A DNA stretch of 64,000 nt from Lama glama. Lineage: Eukaryota. Both the position numbers and the translations under genes were made by a program. Numbering within the stretch: position 1 is the first letter of the stretch; every line of letters begins with the position of its first letter. The stretch is taken from NCBI GenBank assembly GCA_028534125.1, contig CM052816.1, forward strand, positions 24,120,001 through 24,184,000. Reading direction: 5' to 3'. The notes under the pieces were generated by a model. It was not told where the DNA came from and made no database searches. It saw only the letters and a program-made list of their open reading frames with translations. Below are positions 50,241 through 62,275 of this stretch, in pieces.

Positions 50241-50689
50241 AGAAAAACTGTCAATTACATATGCAAACTCCGTTGGGTTTCAGCTGGATTTGGGTTTCAC
50301 ATAATCAGTCTAATGCATGAATAAGAAACCCTGCAGCAATCACCTGAAAATCACACCTACCATTTATAATGTTGATACTGACAGTTAAAGACAAGTAGTG
50401 ACTATTTTTAAGAATAGTATTAGTTTCTGATATTTACTTAATCATTTTAAAAGAGGCTTCAATTTCTACAATGTGTAAGGTTAAATAAGTCACTTCTTTT
50501 GAATGTAATAACCTGCAGTAAAGTATTTATGATAATTATATGTACTTCTGAACACTTATATGCTTAATTAGAAGCTTGAAAGTCTTAAGGCAAGTAAAAA
50601 TAGCTGAACTTACATATGCAAGAACACTGAGAAAATGCTGAATATGACTATTAGGATCTGGTCATTTGCTTATACAAGTCAAGAGAGCT

Positions 50690-51060
50690 CCAGAAGAAGA
50701 TGGGGCTGGAGATGTATATTTCAGAGTCATCAGTCAATAGATGACCTCAAGTCATGGAAATGAGAGTGACTATAGCTAGAAGGGGTCTCAGGCCTGAGCT
50801 GTGGGACACCCTAATGTTTCAAAGCTGCGGAGAAGAGGGTGATCCAATGAAGAAGACTGAGGAAGATCAGCCAATGAGGTAGGAGGAAAACAAGTGTTCT
50901 GAAAGACAAATAAGGAAAATAGTTCATGATGGAAATAATGTCAATTATGTCAAATGTTGCTGAGAAGTCACATATGATATGGAGTTAAAATTGGCCAATG
51001 GCTCTAGCAACTTGGAGGTCATGGTGACCTTGAAGAGCAACTTCAACAGACTGGAAAGCA
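50690..51060 (-). mobile_element. L2 fragment
   Basis: ggggctggagatgtatatttcagagtcatcag...gtcaaatgttgctgagaagtca...tagcaacttggaggtcatggtgaccttg. Confidence 0.75.
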
Positions 51061-52494
51061 ACCAAAAGTGAGGATGGGGAGAAGATGCTGACCTTTATTT
51101 TATCCTCCCCTTGATCCTTTGATTTTATTTCTAACCCAAGCCCATGCATGTAAGAAGTGGAGAGAACATGAGAGAGAGGGGGAGACCTTGAAATTAAATT
51201 TGGCCCTATTAGAGCCAACAAACCCAATCTTAGTTTACACGGTGGCTCTGTAAAATAGTAAAATCTCTTACAGAAGAATCAATTCCCCAAAGAGATGGAC
51301 CCTAATAGGCCATATAATTACAATCTCCATATTTGCTGTACCAAAAGTTCCACAAAGATTTGGTTTTGTTGTTTTTGAGTTGTGAACTTAGTCACAAAAC
51401 TTTACTTTTACATTTACATATATATTGAAAATAGCAAAGTCACTTAAAAAGATGTTCTGGATAATCTGAGGTATACAATGATCTACATAGATACCCTCTT
51501 GCCCTTAGGCAGAATTACATCTGAACCTTTGTGAATACCTAACAGTTAATCTTGATTTTTTCCCCAACAGCATTTAACCTAACAGCTTTTGTGTACAAAG
51601 TAATATATTGAGCATTGATCTTTATCAGGATCTCGACTTCAGTTGCTGATCACACTGCACCACTAGAAAGCTCTAACTCAGATCTCCAATGACTTTGGGC
51701 TCTTTTGGTGAACCCAAAAATAAACCATTAAATGTTCACTTTATTTTATTCCTAAGAAATATGTCAAAATGAAATCCTGCCTCCATCCTCAAGAAATCCC
51801 ATCTTTTGCCCTATCCTTTGCATCAAAATGCATGGCTTGGGTTTGCCCATGTTCTCTTTCAGTGTGTTCCCCAGTGAGATGGGAGAGACAGCCGCAGTTC
51901 ACCATCTGTATGACATGATGGTCTTTTAAATACCATCCATCTATCCTCTGGGTAAAACCATTACCATTCCTGTAATTTGTCTCCATTATCCTTTTCTCCA
52001 GCGAAATAGCCATTTTTACCTCTCTTGTCAAATTCAATGGGCTACAGAATTCTAGAAAAAGTCTGGCCCAATTTCTCAATGATTGGATTTTTCCATGGTT
52101 CTTACAAGTTCTCCTAAAAAAAAATTCCAAGATGTTGCTTTTAAAAAATTCTTCTTCTTCTTCTTAAAAACAGCACTGCCCTAGAAGAATACTGCCTTTC
52201 AAGACGTCCTTCTCAGCAAACATATTATTTATTCCATTTATAGTTAGAATTTTCATGTTCATTTTCCTCTTCAGTGAACTACTTTCCAGAATTTCCTTTC
52301 CTTTTCCCTATAATTAGTGCCACATACCACTGATAAAGGACCTACATTATCAGAAAGAAAAAAAGCCATAGGAGCATATTGTGTATTCTTAAAGGAAAAT
52401 GTTCCAGCATATGAGTTTACAATATTCAAATAAGAAGGTGCTTCCCAAACAAGAAAGTAAGAAACAAATAGATTGGAAAACTTGCTTCCTATAC

Positions 52495-53450
52495 AGACAC
52501 TCATCTATTCAACTTTCATTTAAGGAGCAGCCATTAGATGCAAGGTCTGTGGATCCTGGTGAATACAGACTCTGGCACAAATCCTGCCCTGGAGGAACTT
52601 ACAGTCTGGAGAGGAGAGAGCAGGGCCAACCTTGTTAACATGCCTGTAGTACAGAGTAGGGAGAGTTTCTTTCTAAACAGGAACCTAAGGGAAGGCAGTG
52701 AGGAAGCGTGTCTGATGACTCCTGAAGCTTAGGTAGCATTTGAAGTGAGGGTTAGAGAGCTAAAATGAGGGGAGGAAACTTTCAGAGAAGGAACTAGTGT
52801 AAACACAGAATAGCACCTGGGAGAGTACGAGTCAGCACAGGGAGCCAGGGCTCAAACGCTCAGGAATGTGCAGGAATGGGAGGGGGAGACGATGAAGTTG
52901 GAAAGACAAGTCAGTGCCAGGTGCTGCCATGCTGAGAACGCCGGGTGGAGGGTTACGAGCTCCATTCCTTGGGCAGTGAGAATCCACCAGGGAGCAGAGG
53001 AAAAGATGAGAGCATTCGTGTATAGTGCGGATTGGAATGAGGCCACGCTGGAAAAGGGAGGCCAGTTACATGGTTTCTGCAATCATAGGCTGGGCCATGA
53101 TGAAATAATAGGATAGCAGGGCTGTAGACTTAGAAAGGAGGGAAGAGATCTCAAAATACTTCACAGATGAAATGGACAGAGTCTGGTATCTGTTGGAAGG
53201 TGGAAGGTGTGGGGAAGGGAGGGGTCAGAGTTAACCCTGAGGGTTTGAGACTGGCTGAAACTGGATTACAGGTGGAGGGAAGATTTGGGAGGGACAATCT
53301 ATTAGAGAGAGGCTGCAGAAGATGCCTGATGACTGTTGGAAAATGAAATAGTTTTTTAAGAAGCCAGAGCTGGAAGTACAAACAAATGTGGAAATAATCT
53401 GCACAGATGTGACAACTAAAGTCATGACTTTGGATGGGGTTTTTAATTGA
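52495..53450 (-). mobile_element. L2 3' portion
   Basis: cactcatctattcaac...cctgccctggaggaacttacagtctgg, followed by a purine-rich L2 body. Confidence 0.7.
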
Positions 53451-53834
53451 GAAATGGACACATTACTGTCTATACATCACCAAGTCAGACGGTGTTTTGC
53501 TAATTATCTACTTAGTTTGATGAATGTAGACAGTCAATATCAGATCATTATAGCCTAGAGACTTTGCAGACTGAATGGCCCAGTTCTGCAGCCCGCATCA
53601 ATCAAATTAAATAAATCATCACCAGATCTGTCCTTGGCTTTGTGCTGTGTCAATACAGCCAGTGGGTCCACGATCAAATTGAAATTGAAAACCTGATTCA
53701 AGGCCCTGAGGTGCCAGTGTCAGATCTCCTTGTCTCCAACCAATTCAACCATCACCTGGCCATGACACGTCACACCAGGTCCCACCACACAGTTCACAGT
53801 AAATTTCCTGAACAGTGTCTCCTTTAAGAGACAC

Positions 53835-53965
53835 TTCCACACAATAGACAGGTTTATCTCCATTTCATAGATGCAGAAATGTGAGGCTCAGAGAGGTTGT
53901 AAATTGCCTAGAGTCATATGGCCAGTACCAGGTAGAGACAGAACTCCAACCTAGGCTTCAGAATC
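53835..53965 (-). mobile_element. MIR SINE
   Basis: ctccatttcatagatgcagaaatgtgaggctcagagaggttgtaaattgcctagagtcata. Confidence 0.75.
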
Positions 53966-56900
53966 TAAGTAAATGGCGCAGAGGTTTCAATTTGGTGTTT
54001 CTTTGTTTTACTAAACCACACTGCCTAACCTTTCAAAAAAAATTACCTTCATTACCAAGTAGCGCCAATGAATAGAACAGGAGGTTATCTATGTCTATTG
54101 TCCACTTTTTTTTGCTTATGGCCCCTTCTTTTGCCTCCTCACTGCATTATCTCACTGGAACTGACTTGAGTGAGTGAGTGGTAGGTATACACACACACAC
54201 ATACCCACCTGTCTCATTAATCTCAACCTACTTGGCCAGTTTAGGAGAGCTCTATCTCAAATGACAAATTGTTAAAACCATAGGCTCTAAGTGTAGCTTT
54301 CATGGTTCTTTGATGGCAGACAACCAATACCAGCAACTACACTGCACAAGGCAAATTGGTAATTTGATCTAATTTTCACATCCTTCAGAACATAACCTTT
54401 AAGCCAAACATCATACTGAATTCCAAACTTCAAAATGAAGGCCACTGCACTGTATAAAAAAAGATCAGTCCAAAGGAAAATCAAGGGGTATATTCCAGGT
54501 AGGATGATGAGAAGAACAAGACAGTGGTGAAAAACACTTTTTATCTTGCTCTATGATTGGGCAGATTTATGATATTTCTCCAAAGTCTGCTAGATCTTAA
54601 CATGTGAGGTTCATTATACAAGACTTAGGAACAAATTTTCAAAACCAATCAGAGAAATGCATCCAGATACACCTTTACTTCATCATGTTCTGTCCTTCTG
54701 CCAGGAGTGAGAACAAAGAACCATAGGGCACTTCTCAATTGTCACAGGGAGGCTTGGAGAGGTAGGCCCTGAGCCTCAATGCTTCTCAGAAGTAGACTGA
54801 GGAAATAGCCTACCTTCCCTTAACCATTTGTATCCACTTATTGGGACTGAAGAGTTTCCTGAGTTACAAAAGACTTGAACCATCATAGTATCGGAACTCA
54901 GACATAAACCACCATGTTGGATGGCTGGGTGGTCCTAGGGAAAGATTACCAAAAGGAGCAATGGAGCTTCTGAGGGAACATTTTGGCCATATTATAAAGC
55001 TGACATCTCACAATCCAAATTGTTTTCTATTTCCACACAGCAACATTAGAGTTGATGACAAGAATTGGTGAGAATTATCTTTTCATTTAAATAGAGGGCA
55101 TAAAAACATCTGGACTCCGAGGACGTGAGGGAAGAGATTTTCCCTGCAGAGCACTGTGCTATGCAACCTTTGCATTTGGAAAGCTGGTAAGGGCAGGGGG
55201 ATCACTTAAAACCTAGTGATCAGGATTTCGACAGGACTGCAGTTGGAGAACACGTGGGCTTGTGTCTGACCTCACCTAAAACTTCAAATGAGCCGAGGAG
55301 TAAGTCAAAGAGTAAGTGGCTGCATGGGCAGTCTAGGCTCTCAGAGTCTGTAAAGGGGAAAAAAATGGATGCATGTTTCCCACGCAGAAGTGGGGCGAGA
55401 ATATGGGGTCTGCTTCCGTTCTGTCCAATGAGACTTCCCAGAGGGGCAATGAGGCCCTCATGGAGAGAAGCTAAAGATATTGCCAGATATCTGGGGGTTG
55501 CAGAAGGGGTAAGCAATCAGCCATAATGGAGATGCCTGTCCCTGGGTCAAGAGAGCTTCTGGTGAAAGGCGTACAGTGATAGGTTCTCCAAAGCACTAAA
55601 GTTTAATTTAAACAGCTGCTCACCCCATAGACCACAAAGCTACGAGGCAGTTTCAGTCATCTGAGAAGTGTTCTGTGCCCAGTCAACTCGTCTTCTTCCC
55701 CTACAGAATTCAAGCTCCGGAAGGGCAGAAATGGATTCTAGCAAGGGAAGAGGTGGAGAGGACTCTAGCTCCCCACCTCTGTGGGCTCTGTCTCCACCCA
55801 AGCAGGGCTTAACTGAGGGAGGGAGAAGATTTAACTTCAAATCAAGCTTGGAGTGTTATTATTTTATGAGCTGGACCTTCCAAATAAAGATTGTGTTTGG
55901 TCACCTAAAAATTTGTATCCAGTGGTTGGGGGAGGCAAAATTAAGTTGCTTTATGATTACATCGCATGAGTCTTGCTTGTTCACCGTATCAGTTACACAC
56001 ACTTGTCCTCCCACTGAGCTATTTGCAGCCAACGACTTAGTTGGGATCTGAGGAGCTTCCTTAGAGGGCAAAAACCTAGAAACACAGTGGGAATCAGACA
56101 TACACAGCCATGTTTGATGGGCTGAAGTGGGGGAAATTCTGATTGCAAGGGGGATACTTACATTGTCATTTAGATATCAGTTGAGGTCACGTTGCCCTCT
56201 GAGTTATATAAAAGGGACTCACATCTTCCCCTCCCCACGGTTAACGGAAATCCAAGCTCCTCCTAAACATTTCCGACTCCTCCAAGGCTCTCCCTCTGAT
56301 TTTCCCTTTCCATGGTAGAAGTCCATCTTCTCTCTCCCCAGCCCAACCCAGGGCTGTTCTACTCATTCTGCATTCTAGTTCTCAGATTTGTAACACAGAC
56401 TCTTTTCCTCGACTTCCCCAGAAACTCTCCTCGCACAAAGCCTCACCTCAGTCCACTACCTTTCAGGGCAGAGCAAGCAGCTTAAAATGGAACACAAAAC
56501 ATACTTGCCTATGAACGTCCTCTGGTGACTGGTGACGTGTCACGTGTGGCATTCCTGCAGACCGACGGCCTTCCACCCTGTGGCTTAAGCCCTTCTCCTT
56601 AGAAGCTCCTGCTCCCTTCTCCTCCTTTCTCAGCTCTTCTCCCCAGAAAACCCTTGTTTATTTTTTATGCTGAGTGGTTTAGCTCTCTGTTTCACTGCCT
56701 CCTTCCAAATCATGCCCTGCGGGCCTCATCTTTGCTAAATAAAAGGCTATTTACTCCAGAGAGAAATTATGCTACTTCCTTCCAGGCTGGAGATGCCGCA
56801 GCCACTTGTGATTTTAAATAGTAGTTGCTTTATCTGTGCTCTAAGACCAGCAACAGGGCTTGAATTTGAAGGGACAGGTGATCATGGTTATAGGTGGTAA

Positions 56901-57001
56901 CACATTCCAGAACTCATTGCCATTCAAGGAGATTGACAGCCTGTGTTGGTCTTGAGGAGAAAAAGGTTCTGTGTCTTCATTGAAAATACATTAAAATTCT
57001 G

Positions 57002-57049
57002 TATACTTCAATAAAAAGTAATTTTAAAAATTTAATAATTTTTTAAAAA
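57002..57049 (+). mobile_element. Minimal L1 insertion (last ~15 nt of 3' UTR plus decayed A tail) with 20-bp TSD
   Basis: tatacttcaataaaaa is the L1 terminus. TSD gaaaatacattaaaattctg (56982-57001) / gaaaatatattaaaattctg (57050-57069), 1 mismatch. Confidence 0.8.
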
Positions 57050-57954
57050 GAAAATATATTAAAATTCTGAAACTCTTTTGGCTCTGGTGAATGCATTATG
57101 GGTCCCTCTACCTCACTCCACTCCCAGCCCTGCCCACACGCAAAGCAAAAGGAGTGTTCTTTTCATCTGGTGGCCATCAGGTGTGGTGGCCATCAGGGTC
57201 CCTGATCTTAAGGCACGTGGAGAGACTCTTGATTCTTCCTGCCGGGGGCAGTGGGTTTCCAGCTTTACCAGCCACTGTGCATATGATGGGGTCTGGCACC
57301 ACCACCTGCAGCTGAATGAACTTTATCACAGCCATGGAGGGCTTGAGCAACTTGGCCATACCTATCCCAGCTGAGTGCAAAAATAAAAAAGAAAGATCTT
57401 CCCAGCCTCACAGAAACAGTAACGAGGACCTCAGGGCCTTGGGGAGCAGCAGTTTATTCCACTGTACAAATGACATCAGGCGTAGGGCTCTCTGTCTTCA
57501 CTAGTAGCAGCCCCAACAGGAGCAGGGCGGTAGGCTGGGATCGCAGCACTGTGCAAACGACAGGACATAAAGCTGCAAATCCGGGCTCAGCAAACAGTGG
57601 TGAGGAGTAATTGTGGACATATGTGAGCGCCCCTTGGAGGGGCTCTATAAATGACTGGGCTTGTGTGAGTCAACAAAAAGCCAGTCAAAGGGGGGTTTGC
57701 TCGCTGCTGTTGACATTTGGGGTTTAATATGATGTGACTGCATTTGCAATGGGCAGCTGCTAAATCCTGAGACACTTGGATTACATGCTATAAACAGCTT
57801 TGGTCTCTAAGTCTGTGACATTCAGAGATACAAGGCTGCACCATTGTAGAATTATTCTTTGACTTTGATCCATTCTACCCACAATGTTTTCCAGAACACC
57901 ACTGGAGAAATTTCCACACAAAATATTAGAAGAATTGGTAATAATATCCGAATA

Positions 57955-58100
57955 TCACCTATAAATATTAAGTACTTTACCTACCTTATCTTATTAAATC
58001 CCTACCATGCCCTGAGAGGAGAGCATGATTATCCCTGTGTTAGAGATGCCAAAAGAGGCTCTGAGATTTTAAATAATTTAAGGGCAGACAACTAATAAAC
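57955..58100 (-). mobile_element. MIR SINE
   Basis: cttattaaatccctaccatgccctgagagg...attatccctgtgttagagatg...gaggctctgagattttaaataattt. Confidence 0.65.
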
Positions 58101-58184
58101 ATTGAAACCACTGAAACTGAAGATGTGAAAATAAGCACTAAAAGAGGGCAACTGAAAGATCCTAGAATATAGGTCTGACACCCT

Positions 58185-58570
58185 TTATCTTAGATCAGGG
58201 CCCCTAGAAGCAGAAGTGGAGACAAGGATTCATGTGCAAGTGATTGATGGAGCAGGATCTCCCAGAGGCCACTCATAGAGGGTGAGGGAAGCAGGGCAGG
58301 GCAGTAAATCAAGCAGAAGTGTGATCTTAGGTAAAGACCCTCTGAGAGTGACTGCAGTGGATCCTACAGCAAAGATCTAGGATGTTAGCTCCGCCTTAGG
58401 GTCATCCAACCAGAGACAATGCCACATCTGTCAGTCAGGGCTGTTACCTGAGACATAAAGCCACAGGCCTGGCCACTGAAAGCACATCATATCAAACCTA
58501 CTGGCGCACACTAACAGTAAAGAGAGATCTGAGAATCGGGCCAGAGTGCCAACATTATCTGCTGCACCTA
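58185..58570. mobile_element. Old MaLR LTR (MLT1H/I-like)
   Basis: tcttagatcagggcccctagaagcaga...gagacaaggattcatgtgcaagtgatt. Confidence 0.7.
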
Positions 58571-58794
58571 TTCAACAGCAGAGCCGACTCAATCAGCTGC
58601 AAATCTTTGAAAGTCATCCTCAGTGAGAGCAAAGTTAGAGGGAATGCTTCCATAATTTGGGCTTCAGACCCACTTTGTATACCCAGGAGGAGTAGAAAGG
58701 CTTTGGTCAAACTTTTTGTTTATTGAAGCCAGTCTGTGATTTGGGAGCCTGGCATTTTCAGGTTTTACAAGGGGAATGAGTGTGTAGCCAAGAA

Positions 58795-59030
58795 GGCAGC
58801 TTGATGTGGTGAGGGACCTCTGGCTTTGCCCAAAGATGAGGTGTGCTTCCCTCCACATGCCCAATGACCTGGCCCTGTGACCCTGGGCAAACCACTCAAC
58901 TATCTGAACCTCAGTTCCCTTAGAGGAAAAAGGAAGAAAATGATCCATCCCAGAGCTTGCTGGAATAATCAAATGAGATGATGCCTATAAAGGTGCTTTG
59001 TAACTGGTCAGTATGATAAAAATATTAGTT
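58795..59030 (+). mobile_element. MIR SINE
   Basis: ctgtgaccctgggcaaaccactcaactatctgaacctcagttcc...aatcaaatgagatgatgcctataaaaggtgctttg. Confidence 0.75.
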
Positions 59031-59649
59031 TAGTAGTAATAGGTTGTAGGTGGATTAAACAGAATCATATTTCCATTTAAATGGGCTGTAGGTAGGTAGA
59101 CATGACCGTGGTTAGATTAATTTCAGAGATGTGGAGTTTTTTCTTATTCACAAAGAGGCTGATTCTGCCTACTTACTAACATCTCTAGCCCAACCATCAT
59201 CCATCTGGAGATTAGATGGATTTGGAAAGAGAACAGCCTTGAGCTTTAGGAAATCACAGCTCACAATGACACAAGCCAGCGAGTCCCTCCGAAGGCTTAA
59301 GCCTCACTGTCTGCTCTGCCCTAGAGGGGCCTGTACCTCACACCCTCACACATCCTGTGGCCCTGGTTCTCCCTATCAACCTGCACTGACCTCTCCAGCA
59401 CCCCCAAGAGAATATGACATGACAAACACACTCACATAAAGGTACAAATGTCATAATGGCATAACCCCCCCCACTACTTGGCACAGCCTTGACCCAAAAA
59501 AAACCACACCAGACATGTGATTTGGTGAAATAAAACTAGCATTGTTTGTAGAAGACTGTTTCTCTTGAGAGTAACTTCCAAATGTAGGGCACAAGGGGCC
59601 TCAATGATCAAAGAATGTTTTTTTCTCAACTATCTTCTGGACAACTAAA

Positions 59650-59840
59650 TAAAGAAAGAATAGACCTGGGACTAGAACAACCTGTTTTACTCCGAGCATC
59701 AGCATTTACCAGTCATGTGACCTTCAGTGTTATCTGAACCTCAGATTTCCCATCTGTGAAATGGGATCGAGAGTACCTCCCTCACGAGGTACTGTAAGAA
59801 TCAAGTGCATGCAAACTATTTAGCACAGTTCCTACTACAC
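59650..59840 (+). mobile_element. MIR SINE
   Basis: catgtgacctt...tctgaacctcagatttcccatctgtgaaatggg...gtacctccctcacgagg. Confidence 0.75.
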
Positions 59841-60929
59841 AGCACATTCGACCAATCTTATCAAATCAATAATGTAAATGGTCTAGACCAGAACCTATGA
59901 CATAATAAAATATTTATTATTGTTATTATTATTGTAATTCTTCTCCTCAGAGAGTATTTTGGTGGTTTGCAGTAGTAGGCATGCAGTAAATGTTTGTCAG
60001 TTTAATGAATACACAAATGGTTGCAGCCAGCAAGCTTCTTAGCCCACAGAGGACAGAGAACACTTCTGAATTTCATGCCTGAAGAATCTTTACGCTACAT
60101 CTTAAAAGTAGCTCCTGTTTCAGCCCAGGTCTCATCTGCCCTGCTATCATCATGGCAGTTCCTCCCTGTCATCCCAGGAGGAGAGCAGTTGGTGACACAC
60201 ATGGCCTTCCCAGACAAGGGGCTGGACATGAGGCCATCACCAGCAGCAGGGCAGCGAGTCACCAACTGCTTCTGTCTGGAACTGGAGTATAAGTGCTGAA
60301 ACCATGAGGCTGTGCTATTTCACCTGGCTTCAAAGGCACATGTCAGAGTGGGAACATCACAGATATTTATGTTTCTTTCTGACATGTCATCTACTTCGAC
60401 TTTGCACAAATTGTGGTGCCATTAGGCCAAATACGTCTTCATGCCAAAGAAAAATGTGCAGAAACACATGACACCACCAGTATCAAGTAAGATGTTTTCT
60501 CTCTTTTCAGCTATCTCCTCCACTGTCAGACAACCCTTCCTTTGTGGCAGAAGTTAGTAGATCTGCCTTTTCAGGCAGCCTATCCCAAAAGAGGCACTCT
60601 CTCCTGGTGCTAAACCTGAAAAAGCCAGAGAGAAGAATCCAGAACAGGAATAAGAGGGGTGTCGGGGGGAGGTGGCTTACTGCTCCATCAGGAGGCTGTG
60701 TTGGCAGCACCCTTTTGGACACACAGGGAAAAACTATAATTTCTGAAGTCCAATTTCAAACAGATATCACCAGGGCATGGTGAGGAATCCTGGGAAATGA
60801 CAACTTCTTCAGTGAGGAAGGGAAGGAAGATGATATTTCACTTGATAATAACAATAGTCATTTATTAAGGACATATGCAGACTCTGTGAAAAATACCTCG
60901 TTTATCTGCACAATAATCCTATAACAGGT

Positions 60930-61367
60930 ACTGTTTGCTACGGCTGCCGTGACAAAGTATCACAGACTGGGTGGTGTCAACAACAGAAATATATTATCTC
61001 ACATGTCTGGAGGCTAGAAGTCCAAGATGAAGGTGATAGTGGGTTGGTCTCCTCTGAGGGTCATAATGGAAGGATCTCTTCCAGGCCTCCCTCCTTGGCT
61101 TGCAGACAGGGCCACCCTATTGCTGCCTCCTCACATGATCTTCCCTCTATTCATTTGCACCCTCGGAGTTTCTTTCGTGTGTCAAGTTTCCTTTTCTTAT
61201 AAGGACATGAGTCAGATTGGATTAGAACTACACTAACCGCTTCACTTTAACTTAATCACTCCTTTAAAAACCCTACCTCCAAATCTAGTCACATTCTGAG
61301 GTACTAGGGGTTAGGACTTCAACATGTGAATTTTGGCAGGGGGACACAACAATTCAGTTCATAACAA
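60930..61367. mobile_element. MaLR solo LTR (MLT1B/C-like) nested in a minus-strand MIR (about 60850-61500)
   Basis: ggctgccgtgacaaagtatcacagactgggtgg...tctggaggctagaagtccaagatgaagg...cacattctgaggtactaggggttaggacttcaacat...aattcagttcataaca. Confidence 0.9.
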
Positions 61368-62208
61368 GAGTTACGATTCCCATCTTGGTTATGAGGATTT
61401 TTAAATCTGCCATGTATAACATAGCTAGTAAACAATGAAGGCCGGATTTGAATTCGGGTCTGATACGAAAGTCTACTATCACCACCACAGAACACTGCCT
61501 CGGAAAGCTGATGAGCAGTGCAGACATGAGGCTAAGAGTGACGTCAACATCAGCATTTGTAGGCTACTGCTATGTCTAGAAGGTTTTGGTAGGTGATTTT
61601 CTTAGAAGCCTACTTTGAAATGCATAATAAGTATAAGTCCTGCAGGTGTGGATTAATTTACATTTTGTTCCTCTGTTACTAGAGAAAATTTCTCTAAGCA
61701 ACAGAGAAATCTGTAACCCGCCCCTGCACAGGCACATACCTGCCCTGGCTAATTATTTAAGACTTTGTTCAAAGCTATGATCCTAATTAACAGCATGCAC
61801 TGCCTATGCCAAAACATGAGCCCAGCATCTCTCACAGTTCGTAATCCATCTGGTCTCCAGGCCCATGCTGCCAGTGTCAGGTACAGCTGCCATCCGCACG
61901 TCCACACGTCACCTCTCTTCCCACATGGGGCAGGAGGAGGGGTCCACGATAGGTAATGAATCAATAAGGCTCAGCCAATTCTCTGGACTCTGTTGACATG
62001 CATGGCCAGTTTTCTCTCATGATTAATTACACTCGCTGCTGCAGGAGGATTAATTTACTTTTCTAGAGCACTTTTCTTATTTCTGCTGTTAAAAAGCAAA
62101 TCTCAACAATTTCCCAGCTCAGAAAGAATGGAGTCCAGTTCAGGGTGGGTGATGACAACTGTCAAAATCACAGCTTGAAAGGAAACATGGTTACCAACAG
62201 AAGGAAGG

Positions 62209-62275
62209 GTGTGTGTGTGTGTGTGCGTGTGTGTTTGTTGTGTGCATATAGATACATATAGTATGCACATATATG
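62209..62275. repeat. (TG)n / (TA)-rich simple repeat
   Basis: Direct reading. Confidence 0.9.
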
